In this document: positions 1 to 8,492 of the stretch, one piece after another
Position numbering within the stretch: the stretch's first letter is position 1
How the letters are laid out: each line of letters opens with the position of its first letter
Assembly (NCBI GenBank): GCA_038061615.1
Contig: JBBTYY010000063.1
Location: 1-39,296 of the forward strand
DNA length: 39,296 nucleotides
Reading direction: 5' to 3'
Origin: Patescibacteria group bacterium
GTDB taxonomy: Bacteria; Patescibacteriota; Microgenomatia; Levybacterales; UBA12049
The notes under the pieces: model-generated
What the model was told of the DNA's origin: nothing
What the model saw: the letters and a program-made list of their open reading frames with translations, nothing else
Database searches by the model: none
Position numbers and translations under genes: made by a program

Positions 1-348
1 TTTGAATAAATTGTAAGAGGAGAAAACAGAAATAATCAAAAACGGCCAAAACCAAACCAACCTTTCGATTAATACCCAGGGCACATGAAAAAAATTAAAC
101 AATAACGATGTAGTAGATAAAAAATAAGTATTTAGTGCGAGTAAGAAAACCGTGGTGCCTCCAAGTCCATTAAAAAATCCTGGGTCCCATGCGTATGGAT
201 AAAGAGTAAATCCACGAATCATCTCGGGAAACTTATGACTCCAATCCCCCGATGATAAAGAATAAAAACTAAACCAATTCTTAAAAATTAAAAAAACGAT
301 AACAATCAAGCCTAGATAAATCAAAAACAAAATAAAATTCTTTTTCAT
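1..348 (-). CDS. polytopic membrane protein, N-terminal 116 aa only (3' end runs off the window start); possible GT-C-type protein
   Basis: Not in the ORF track. ATG at 348..346 (cat on + strand) and the frame stays open to base 1. My translation is MKKNFILFLIYLGLIVIVFLIFKNWFSFYSLSSGDWSHKFPEMIRGFTLYPYAWDPGFFNGLGGTTVFLLALNTYFLSTTSLLFNFFHVPWVLIERLVWFWPFLIISVFSSYNLFK. It shows an N-terminal TM helix, then a loop and further hydrophobic helices. Confidence 0.6.
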   Translation of the reverse strand, partial: MKKNFILFLIYLGLIVIVFLIFKNWFSFYSLSSGDWSHKFPEMIRGFTLYPYAWDPGFFNGLGGTTVFLLALNTYFLSTTSLLFNFFHVPWVLIERLVWFWPFLIISVFSSYNLFK

Positions 349-410
349 AAGCGACCTACAAAATTAATAAATATTTTGCATTTTACGATATTTTTCCCAT
401 TAAAATTCAT

Positions 411-1574
411 TTATACAACAGCAAACATCTGCGGATAAATTTTCCTGTAATAATATTTCTTGCTGAGCCTATAAGCATTTTTGCTGTATGCAGAATAATT
501 GTTTAGAATCTTTCTAACACTGTCTATTAAATCTTGGCTGTTGTTGTAGTCAATTACAACACCCGCTTTTGACCTATCAATCTCCTCTGAAATTTCAACC
601 AAATTTGTGGTTATAACAGGAATTCCCAAGCTTAAATACCTTTTAATCTTCCCCGGATCTCCATACTGGGAAACATTACTTGGATCAGACGTATATGTAG
701 CAATTCCTATCGTACATTTTCTTAAGACATCATTAAACGACTCCCCTTCAAGGAATCCATAAAATGTAGCTGTTATCTTAGATTTTTTTGCCCGTGCTTT
801 AAGATAATTCTCATCAGGACCAGACCCAACTATTTCATATCCAATATCACCAAATTCACCTATAAGCGCGGTAGCATTATTAAAGATTATTTCAACTCCT
901 TGCGTTTTTTTTAGAACACCTATAAAACCAAATCTCAATGGCTTTATAGACCTTTTCTTCGGTATTGCAAGCTTATCTGTACCAATCGGTACAATAGGAT
1001 ATCTCGCCTTTCCGTCATAAATTCCGATATTTTTTCGCAAAGTTAAAAGTCTGTTGTTTACAAAAGTAACCACATCAGAATGAGAGCTTATTTTGTCAAA
1101 CTGCCAATAAATGTATCTCATAAACATAACGAATTTATTTTCGTGGATAGGAGGATAATAATCCCAAACCCAAAAAATTGTTTTATCAACTATGCCTGCG
1201 CCTTTTAAAATCCTTCCAATCCATGCAGTAAACGCATTAACAGTAAAATAAATATTTATCTTTTTAAATTTACGTTTTAGCCAAAAAGAATATGCAATTA
1301 TTTCAAAAAATGTCATTACCGATCTAAATGGTATAAAAGCATGAACATACTTAGTGGAAATCGGAAACTGAAATAAGTATAACTTTTTTTTCTCCTTCCC
1401 ATTCTTATATATAATTAATTGATTAAAAACTCTCTCATCATTCAAATTATGGAAACCTAAAGAGAAAAGACAAACATTCTCAAAATTATCTAAAAGATAA
1501 TCTAAAATTTTTCCTGAATTTTCGTATGGAGAATAATTCACATATATAATAGTTTTTTTATTTCTACCGCTCAT
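411..1574 (-). CDS. divergent GT-B (GT4-like) glycosyltransferase, paralogue of 13107..14342
   Basis: The ORF-track frame 411..1592 begins at TTG. The first ATG is at 1574 (MSGRNKK...). The C-terminal half has a GT-B layout (FYGFLEGESFNDVLRKCTIGIATYTSDPSNVSQYGDPGKIKRYLSLGIPVITTN) and aligns by eye with FYGFVSSSIEMSKLIRKCAVGLAPYRDIPGSVRHYADAGKIRAYCASGLPVISSH of 13107..14342. Confidence 0.7.
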   Translation of the reverse strand: MSGRNKKTIIYVNYSPYENSGKILDYLLDNFENVCLFSLGFHNLNDERVFNQLIIYKNGKEKKKLYLFQFPISTKYVHAFIPFRSVMTFFEIIAYSFWLKRKFKKINIYFTVNAFTAWIGRILKGAGIVDKTIFWVWDYYPPIHENKFVMFMRYIYWQFDKISSHSDVVTFVNNRLLTLRKNIGIYDGKARYPIVPIGTDKLAIPKKRSIKPLRFGFIGVLKKTQGVEIIFNNATALIGEFGDIGYEIVGSGPDENYLKARAKKSKITATFYGFLEGESFNDVLRKCTIGIATYTSDPSNVSQYGDPGKIKRYLSLGIPVITTNLVEISEEIDRSKAGVVIDYNNSQDLIDSVRKILNNYSAYSKNAYRLSKKYYYRKIYPQMFAVV

Positions 1575-1588
1575 ATTATTACCAGAAA

Positions 1589-2680
1589 TCAAGTAGTACT
1601 TATTACGCTATCTATTAAATTAACTATCATTGATACATCTTCCATTGGAAGATCCTCGTAAAGCGGGAGACAGAGTACGGAATGAGATATTTTTTCACTG
1701 TTCTTCAAGTTATATTTTTCGTTGATGTACGGAAATTCATGAATTGGCGGGTAAAAATACCTTCTTGGAATGATCCCGTTTTTTAAAAGAACATTTTGAA
1801 CCTTCTTCGTAGTCTTTTCGTTCTCAAAACAGATTGGAAAATAAGGATATGTAAAGTAAGTTAAATCTTTACTTAAGACTTGCAACTTTAATCTTGAATT
1901 GTTTTTAAAATGAGACGCATAAAAACTATAAATTTTCTTTCTCTTGTCCACTCTTTCTCTGTAATCAGCTAACTGCATCAACCCCATTACTGCTTCAAAC
2001 TCATTCATTCTGGCATTTATGCCAGGCAATACCACTTCCTCTTTCGATTTAATACCATGATTTGAAAGTAATTTAATTTTATCTCTTATCATCTTGCTCT
2101 GACTCACAACTGCCCCTCCCTCAATAGTGTGAAATGTTTTTGCTGCATGAAAACTTAATGTACTTGCGTCACCCCATCGAAGTATCGATTTTCCTCTATA
2201 CTCAACTCCAAAGGCATGCGCCGCATCATATATTAGTTTTAGATTATATTTTTGGGACAAATTCGAAAGGCCCTCCATATCGCACGGGTTGCCAAAAACG
2301 TGTACGGCAAGTATTGCAGATGTTTTTTTACTTATCTTTTTCTCCACTTCTTTCGGATCTATGTTAAACGTATTTGGATCTATATCTACAAATACCGGCT
2401 TTATTCCTTCCCAAATTAGAGAATTAGTGGTTGCAGGAAAAGTAAAAGGTGTGGTTATTACCTCTCCTTTTAAATCCAGGGCTTTATATGCAAGCTGCAG
2501 GGCGAGTGTGCCGTTTCCAAGAAGCATTATATTCTCTACTTTAAGAAATTTCTTTAATTCTATCTCTAATTTCTTACTGAATTCACCGTCATTTGTTACC
2601 CAATTATTTTCCCAAATTTTGTTTAGATATTTTATGTAGGTGTTTAAAGGCGGCAAATGGGTTTTAGTTACATTAATCAT
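1589..2680 (-). CDS. DegT/DnrJ/EryC1/StrS-family PLP-dependent sugar aminotransferase
   Basis: Family motifs LGNGTLALQLAYKAL, DAAHAFG and SFHAAKTFHTIEGG (Schiff-base Lys). 363 aa, ATG start. The start overlaps the upstream stop as TAATG. Confidence 0.9.
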   Translation of the reverse strand: MINVTKTHLPPLNTYIKYLNKIWENNWVTNDGEFSKKLEIELKKFLKVENIMLLGNGTLALQLAYKALDLKGEVITTPFTFPATTNSLIWEGIKPVFVDIDPNTFNIDPKEVEKKISKKTSAILAVHVFGNPCDMEGLSNLSQKYNLKLIYDAAHAFGVEYRGKSILRWGDASTLSFHAAKTFHTIEGGAVVSQSKMIRDKIKLLSNHGIKSKEEVVLPGINARMNEFEAVMGLMQLADYRERVDKRKKIYSFYASHFKNNSRLKLQVLSKDLTYFTYPYFPICFENEKTTKKVQNVLLKNGIIPRRYFYPPIHEFPYINEKYNLKNSEKISHSVLCLPLYEDLPMEDVSMIVNLIDSVISTT

Positions 2681-3321
2681 TATAAAAGCTCCTCCCAGTC
2701 TTTTTCTGTTAGCCTTCTCACAACTTTAGCCGGATTGCCATATACTAAAGAGTTATCTGGTATATCAGAAACCACAACTGAACCAGCCCCTATTATTGTA
2801 TGTTTTCCAATTTTTATGCCATGAATGATAATAGCACCTATTCCTATAAAACTTCCTTCTCCAATGCTAACTTTACCTGCAATATTAACACCAGGACTGA
2901 TTGTAACAAAATTCCCAATAAAGCAATCATGATTAATTGTAGCTCCAATGTTAATTAGCACATGTTTTCCAATGCTTATATCTCTTGTAAGGATTGCCCC
3001 TGGAGATACGACTAAGTCTCTACCTCTATTAACATTTTCTCCTATAAACGTACTAGGATGAATTGACTCAGCAAAACTAAATTTTCCTTCAAGCTCCGTA
3101 ATCCATTTACTCCTGAGTGGAGATCCTATTCCATTAATTAAAATTGCTTTTTTCTCTTTAAAATTTTTAAAATTGTAAACTTTCCTTGGCAAATTCTTAT
3201 TACTGCTTTTTCTATTAATTAAAAATCCTACAACCATTGACTCTTTTTTCAAATCCTTAAAGATTTGAAAGACTTCCCTTGCCATTCCTCCATCTCCTAA
3301 GATATAAATTTTATTTTGCAT
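2680..3321 (-). CDS. NeuD/PglD-family sugar N-acetyltransferase (left-handed beta-helix)
   Basis: N-terminal Rossmann-like IYILGDGGMAREV, followed by hexapeptide repeats INHDCFIGNFVTISPGVNIAGKVSIGEGSFIGIGAIIIHGIKIGKHTIIGAGSVVVSDIP..YGNPAKV. It lies immediately upstream of the aminotransferase. Confidence 0.85.
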   Translation of the reverse strand: MQNKIYILGDGGMAREVFQIFKDLKKESMVVGFLINRKSSNKNLPRKVYNFKNFKEKKAILINGIGSPLRSKWITELEGKFSFAESIHPSTFIGENVNRGRDLVVSPGAILTRDISIGKHVLINIGATINHDCFIGNFVTISPGVNIAGKVSIGEGSFIGIGAIIIHGIKIGKHTIIGAGSVVVSDIPDNSLVYGNPAKVVRRLTEKDWEELL

Positions 3322-4204
3322 AATTATTATTGAAATTTTTATTAATCCAAAAATTTCCTGCCACCAATATTTTCATAATTAAAAAGAGAATGTAAATTGG
3401 GAAAGATTTAAAGGTTTTTTTCCACTTGCCATCTTCAATAAAAATTCCTACAAGACGATAAAAGGGACTGAATTGTTTTTTAACAATTTGATTGTAAATT
3501 TTTCTATTTTTTTTAGCCCATTTTCTTTTATATAATTCAAGACCTTCTGTATAAATTCTTTTTTTTGTAATAAATCCCCAAAAGCCTAAACGTTCTTCAT
3601 GGTGATAGGCATATTCATCTATATATTTAAATATAGCAGAAGCCTCTATAAGCTGATTTGTTATATCCCAATCTGCTGGTCCTCCGCTCAGAATCGGATC
3701 ATACTGCCTTTCGGTTTTAAAGAAAATTGATTTTTTAATAATTCTTGGTACCGCAACAACAGAATGTTGATAAAATTTTTCCTCAAAATTTCTAATCTTA
3801 TTTAACATTCCTTTTGCAACTACCTTATAAGGCATATACCATGAATCTATTTCTGAAAATTTTTTTTCAAGATTGGAAAAGCTTTCAATCAGTTTTGAAC
3901 TTAATTCGACATCGTGGTCCAAAATTAGAATATATTTTCCCTTTGCAGCCTTAGCACCAACATTAACTTGATTACAAACCTGCGGAGGCTTACCATAAAC
4001 TTCAATAAACTTTGTGTTAATCTTGAATTTTTGAATCTTCTTTTTTAACAGAAAACCCTTAGCCCAGTAATTATTGGAAATAATTACTTCATATAGGTTC
4101 TTAGAGCAAGTTTGTTTGTAGATACTTTCAAGAGGAATATCTATAAGATTAAGGGAATTTTGGTATGTTGGTATTATTATCGAGACTAAAATTTTATCTT
4201 TCAT
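3311..4204 (-). CDS. family 2 glycosyltransferase (GT-A fold)
   Basis: N-terminal VSIIIPTYQN motif, acidic ILDHDVE motif, 297 aa, hydrophobic C-terminal helix (IYILFLIMKILVAGNFW). Confidence 0.8.
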   Translation of the reverse strand: MKDKILVSIIIPTYQNSLNLIDIPLESIYKQTCSKNLYEVIISNNYWAKGFLLKKKIQKFKINTKFIEVYGKPPQVCNQVNVGAKAAKGKYILILDHDVELSSKLIESFSNLEKKFSEIDSWYMPYKVVAKGMLNKIRNFEEKFYQHSVVAVPRIIKKSIFFKTERQYDPILSGGPADWDITNQLIEASAIFKYIDEYAYHHEERLGFWGFITKKRIYTEGLELYKRKWAKKNRKIYNQIVKKQFSPFYRLVGIFIEDGKWKKTFKSFPIYILFLIMKILVAGNFWINKNFNNNYAK

Positions 4205-4292
4205 TATTGATAGGAAAATAGATAATTTTTGGCAGGTTTTTTTGCATATAGGTGATTATAATATATTTCTTTCTAATTTGTATTAGAAACTA

Positions 4293-4301
4293 TGGTATAA
4301 T
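4293..4301 (+). promoter_or_regulatory. extended -10-like box TGgTATAAT, 7 nt upstream of the ATG at 4309
   Basis: tggtataat read directly from the sequence. Such boxes occur often by chance in AT-rich DNA. Confidence 0.3.
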
Positions 4302-4308
4302 TTTTTGT

Positions 4309-4968
4309 ATGAAAAAAATTTATGACTTATGGTGGAAAGAGGGTGGCTTAGCAGAGGGACATGATTTTAAATGGAAATGGCCAAAAATAAAAAGAGTGCT
4401 TCCTCCAAAAAATTGCACAATACTAGACTTTGGCTGTGGAGAAGGAAGATATATAGAGGAATTTTTAAAAGTGGATCCCTATAAAATTGTTGGAATAGAC
4501 ATTTCTTCTTATGCTATAAAAGAAGCGAAAAAGAAATTTCCTAAAGCTAAACTTTATGCACTTTCCGGAGATGAAAAATTACCAATAAAAAATGAGAATA
4601 TTGATTTTATTCTAGCAGCAGATGTAATTGAACATATATTTGATGTTTCAAATTTTTTATTTGAGATGAACCGTTGTCTTAAAAAGGGAGGAAAAATTTT
4701 CATAAGCACCCCATATTATGGAACGATAAAAAATCTTGTAATTGCTTTAATAGGCTTCGAGATTGTTTACAGTCCCCATTCTCAACATATTAGATTCTTC
4801 ACTAAAAAAAGTTTATCTACTCTTTTAAAGAATCATGGATTTTCTGTTCTTTCCTACGGAGAATACGGAAGATTTAAACCCTTATCAAGAGGCATGTATT
4901 TTGTCGCAGAGAAAGTTAAAAAAACCAGATATGATAAATCAATTTATAGAGATATGTTGCCTCGCTAA
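4309..4968 (+). CDS. class I SAM-dependent methyltransferase
   Basis: Motif I ILDFGCGEGRY, then VGIDIS and AADVIEHIFD. The ORF-track start at 4252 is GTG. The first ATG is at 4309 (MKKIYDLWW). Its stop overlaps the stop of the convergent gene (CTAA at 4965-4968). Confidence 0.85.
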   Translation: MKKIYDLWWKEGGLAEGHDFKWKWPKIKRVLPPKNCTILDFGCGEGRYIEEFLKVDPYKIVGIDISSYAIKEAKKKFPKAKLYALSGDEKLPIKNENIDFILAADVIEHIFDVSNFLFEMNRCLKKGGKIFISTPYYGTIKNLVIALIGFEIVYSPHSQHIRFFTKKSLSTLLKNHGFSVLSYGEYGRFKPLSRGMYFVAEKVKKTRYDKSIYRDMLPR

Positions 4969-5711
4969 TCAGTTTCGACGTATATTGTATTTAAGTCGTT
5001 TGAATAAAAAACTTCATAACCATTCTTAATCATCAACCTATCTATAAACCTCTTTTTATTATTTTTAGACCGTTGGGGAATTAACCAAAAATCTCCTGTT
5101 TCTACACATATCGCTTTTGGCCTAAACCTCTCCCAATCATTACTTCTTAAAACCTCAAAGTCCATACCTTCCGTATCTACTGTTATAAAATCAATTTTCT
5201 TCTTATAAAATTTTTTAATAATGTCTTCTAATCTATATATTTTTACTTTATAAGCTTTTTTTAACTTACAACCTAATTTTATTTTATTTTCCATGTCTTT
5301 CTTACTGAAAGTAGACAGGGCATTCATCTCAAACTCATAAAAGACAGCACTATATTTTTTTTTACCAATTCCAACATTTAGGTTTATGTCCCTTTTTCTC
5401 TTGATGACAAACTTCTTTAACAGTATGGGATTAGGTTCAATATTTATCCCTCTCCATCCTCTTAAATAAAATTTTTTAGTATTACTAAAAATATCCGGAT
5501 CGTTAGCGCCGACATCAATATAGAAACCCTTTTTCTTTCCTTTAAAAATTTGCTCTAAAATTAAATCTTCTCCTTTTTGACTAAAAGAGCCCCTAATATA
5601 TTTTTTAATAATAACGTTATTAAATCCATTAATTAAAAAAAATAGCAAAGCTAAAAAACCTTTCTTTTTGTATAATTCTTTTAATTGAATAAAAAGAGCG
5701 TAAAAATTCAT
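4965..5711 (-). CDS. FkbM-family methyltransferase
   Basis: Family-typical YIDVGANDPDIFSNT, INIEPNP and DFITVDTEGMDFEVL. 248 aa, ATG start. Confidence 0.85.
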   Translation of the reverse strand: MNFYALFIQLKELYKKKGFLALLFFLINGFNNVIIKKYIRGSFSQKGEDLILEQIFKGKKKGFYIDVGANDPDIFSNTKKFYLRGWRGINIEPNPILLKKFVIKRKRDINLNVGIGKKKYSAVFYEFEMNALSTFSKKDMENKIKLGCKLKKAYKVKIYRLEDIIKKFYKKKIDFITVDTEGMDFEVLRSNDWERFRPKAICVETGDFWLIPQRSKNNKKRFIDRLMIKNGYEVFYSNDLNTIYVETD

Positions 5712-5714
5712 TAT

Positions 5715-7382
5715 TTAGTCTTCGAATATAGTCTTTCTAAATTCTTTTGAGATATCTTTAAAGGTATAATTGTCTTCATTTATTTCCAAAGCAACGACAA
5801 TATTTTTTGATAAGTGGTTTTTCTTAAGCGTATCTTCTAACTTGCTTTTTGTAACAAAATATCCAAAACTTCTATCTCCGACCTTTTTGTAGTCCTCTGA
5901 TAACATATGAAATAAAAATTCCTTGGTAAAAAAGGGTCCCCATTCTTTTTCATGACCTACAGCATACATAACTAAAATATTCATTCCCGGACCAGATGAA
6001 AAAGGCAGTACATTTTCCGAAGGTATCCCAAGCTCACCATTACGGTAACACTTATTTTTACATTTAACATAAAAAATTGTATTCTTAGAAAGCACAGGAT
6101 GCACTTCACGCAGACTATTAAGAACTTGCTTTTTTACAATACCAGAATGACTCATGTAATCTACTGCTATTCTTATTTCCTGGAAAGAGGTTATAAGCAA
6201 TACGGCAAAAAGAGTAATGACGCTAATTTTTTTAGCATAGTTAAAAATTCTTATTCTCCCTTTCGAAGTATATAGGGTATACATAAATATTGAAAGAAAG
6301 GAAAGCACAGGGAAACTTGAAAAATATAAATATCTTGGTTCAACAACTGATATATGCCGACCCACAAATGAAAGCATAAACGCGTTAGCAAGTATCCAGA
6401 TCAAAAAGAAAATAAAAATTGGAACTATGCGTTTTGGTCTAATATTCCATAACCATAAAGCGCAAATAGCGATTATAATGCTGAAAATATAGAAAAATGC
6501 CGCATCCATTATGGGTGCCTGACTTGTAAAATAAGACTCAATATCTGGATATGTTTTTTTAGTATTATTAAGAAAAAACAAAGCAATTCTTTCAGACCAA
6601 ACTAAATTTTGTACGACAAATTTTACAGGTATTGTTGCTAAATTATATTCTGCACCACTTCCCGTAATCTGATATTGAACAGGAATAGATTCGGTATTTA
6701 AGCTTTGGGCAAAAAGTCTTATGAATAAAAAAATGATTACTCCGGCGGTAAACAAACCTAAATACTTAAAATTATTTTTATTAATTTTCTTTTTATCAAA
6801 ACAAAATAAATATACTGCAAACAAGGGAATAATAATAAATCCCTCTTCCCTGATGGAAACTGCGGCAAGAAAAATCAGAAATAATATTATAATTTTTTTA
6901 AGTGAAACTATTTTTTCTTTTATACCTGAAAGATAGACAAAAAATAATAAGATAAAAAACATGGCTGCATCAGTTGAGTGAAGAAATGCAAGATGCGTAA
7001 ACGCCTGATACGCCCTTCCATTTAATAAGAACAGTAAACCGGTAAGTACTGCAATTGCTTTATTTTTTGTTAAACGCATTGTTAGGATAAACACTAACGT
7101 AGCAACAGAAGAGTGAACAATAAGTTCAGTTAAAAAATAATATTGCGCCTGAAGATTGAATATCTTATAGAGAGCGCTCCAAAAAAAAGTCCCTAGGGGC
7201 GAAAAGTGCACCCAAGGGACTAAAATATTCCACCAGGGGAGATTATATGAATTCATTACGTTTGCAATTCCAAGCCACTCATCTTGCTCAAAATAACCAT
7301 TTAACAAGCCCTGTGTTGCGATAAAAATAATTATGAAAAAGATGGAAAACACTAGGAGAAAAGTTTTTAGATTTCTGTACAT
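5715..7382 (-). CDS. polytopic membrane protein, candidate GT-C-type glycosyltransferase with a C-terminal soluble domain
   Basis: 555 aa with many hydrophobic helices. There is an acidic motif just after TM1 (GYFEQDEWLGIANVM), where GT-C enzymes carry their catalytic Asp/Glu. The last ~150 aa are hydrophilic. Confidence 0.55.
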   Translation of the reverse strand: MYRNLKTFLLVFSIFFIIIFIATQGLLNGYFEQDEWLGIANVMNSYNLPWWNILVPWVHFSPLGTFFWSALYKIFNLQAQYYFLTELIVHSSVATLVFILTMRLTKNKAIAVLTGLLFLLNGRAYQAFTHLAFLHSTDAAMFFILLFFVYLSGIKEKIVSLKKIIILFLIFLAAVSIREEGFIIIPLFAVYLFCFDKKKINKNNFKYLGLFTAGVIIFLFIRLFAQSLNTESIPVQYQITGSGAEYNLATIPVKFVVQNLVWSERIALFFLNNTKKTYPDIESYFTSQAPIMDAAFFYIFSIIIAICALWLWNIRPKRIVPIFIFFLIWILANAFMLSFVGRHISVVEPRYLYFSSFPVLSFLSIFMYTLYTSKGRIRIFNYAKKISVITLFAVLLITSFQEIRIAVDYMSHSGIVKKQVLNSLREVHPVLSKNTIFYVKCKNKCYRNGELGIPSENVLPFSSGPGMNILVMYAVGHEKEWGPFFTKEFLFHMLSEDYKKVGDRSFGYFVTKSKLEDTLKKNHLSKNIVVALEINEDNYTFKDISKEFRKTIFED

Positions 7383-7472
7383 ATTTTAATGACTGAAAAA
7401 TCGAAAAGCGCGTTTTATTTTAAAACTGATTTTACTTTGCAAAATATAGTGGTAATTATAACAAAATAGAAA

Positions 7473-7478
7473 TATAAT
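7473..7478 (+). promoter_or_regulatory. -10-like TATAAT, 10 nt upstream of the ATG at 7489
   Basis: tataat sits in the divergent intergenic region 7383..7488. Confidence 0.25.
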
Positions 7479-7488
7479 ATAAACTGCT

Positions 7489-8487
7489 ATGGAGAGAAAA
7501 AAAATCAAACCCTATTTAACTCTAATCTGCTTTGTAATTCTTATTATTTTTATAACATTTTATGCAACTAAAGCTTTTTTACCATCAATTTCTACTACAA
7601 ATATCGTAAACAATAAATTGGTTGATTGGGGCATAGGATGGAAAAATAAGCAAAGTTTTTATTCCGGAAGCGAATTAGAATTTAAATTTAATAATAGCCG
7701 CAGAATATCCTTTGAATTTTCCACCACTTCAAAAGCAGATCAGGGAGCCGAAATATTAATTGATAATGATAAATACTTTATCAGTTCACCGAATTTAAAT
7801 AACCAACAGCTTTCAATCAGCGTAAATAATAATGAACCGCATACGGTTAGAATACGGCATTTTTGTACCTTCCTATATTTCCCATGCAATATAACGCTCA
7901 AAAATGTATATCTTGATAATCACTCGGAATTAATACCTTATAAATCAAATAAAAAGGTGCTTTCAATCCTCGGAGATTCTATTTCAACAATTTACGGAAA
8001 AGAAAATTATTCTTTTATGTTAGCAGACTCTTTGGATTACGAACTTCATAATGCAAGCGTTTTGAGTTCAACAGTTTCGAAAATATCAGACGTAGATAAC
8101 GCAATTAAACGTTATAAAAAAGATATGATGAGCTTTAAATCGGATATGATAATTATCTTTTTGGGTACAAATGATGCGGCAAGAAATGTGCCGTTTAATG
8201 ATTTTGAAAAAGATTATTCTAAAATCGTTTCAGATATTAAAAGTTTTAACCCTAATACAAAAATATTTCTTGTGGGGATATTGAAAAGAAATGATGTTAA
8301 TGAAAATATTTTGCAAAATTACAATAATATAATTAAGAATGTTGCGGAAAAAAATAAAGTATATTTCATTGATCCACTCTCCTGGCTAGATAAAAACGAT
8401 TTGTCAGATAATATTCATCCATCAATTGAAGCCCAGAAAAAATTGTCGGAAAAATTTCTGGAAGCTATATCAACGAGAATAAAATAA
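7489..8487 (+). CDS. membrane-anchored SGNH/GDSL-family hydrolase (esterase/acyl-transfer type)
   Basis: N-terminal TM helix (LTLICFVILIIFITFYA), then a ~130-aa beta-rich region, then the SGNH blocks: LSILGDSIS (Ser), GTNDA and DNIHPS (Asp-x-x-His). Confidence 0.85.
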   Translation: MERKKIKPYLTLICFVILIIFITFYATKAFLPSISTTNIVNNKLVDWGIGWKNKQSFYSGSELEFKFNNSRRISFEFSTTSKADQGAEILIDNDKYFISSPNLNNQQLSISVNNNEPHTVRIRHFCTFLYFPCNITLKNVYLDNHSELIPYKSNKKVLSILGDSISTIYGKENYSFMLADSLDYELHNASVLSSTVSKISDVDNAIKRYKKDMMSFKSDMIIIFLGTNDAARNVPFNDFEKDYSKIVSDIKSFNPNTKIFLVGILKRNDVNENILQNYNNIIKNVAEKNKVYFIDPLSWLDKNDLSDNIHPSIEAQKKLSEKFLEAISTRIK

Positions 8488-8492
8488 AATAT

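Noticed and set aside
411-1592. Longer ORF-track starts at 1592, 4252, 9590, 21356, 24351, 25958, 29382 and 39268.
   Set aside because: Reading the sequence shows these are TTG or GTG codons. The exception is 24351, an ATG that lies inside the upstream gene. A nearby ATG gives a classic ATGA/TAATG junction or a sensible N-terminus. I used the ATG starts, but true starts need experimental or comparative confirmation.
7395-7415. Quasi-palindrome aaaagcgcgtttt in the divergent intergenic region 7383..7488, considered as an operator.
   Set aside because: The symmetry is imperfect (an extra G) and the arms are only A4/T4, which arises easily by chance in AT-rich DNA.
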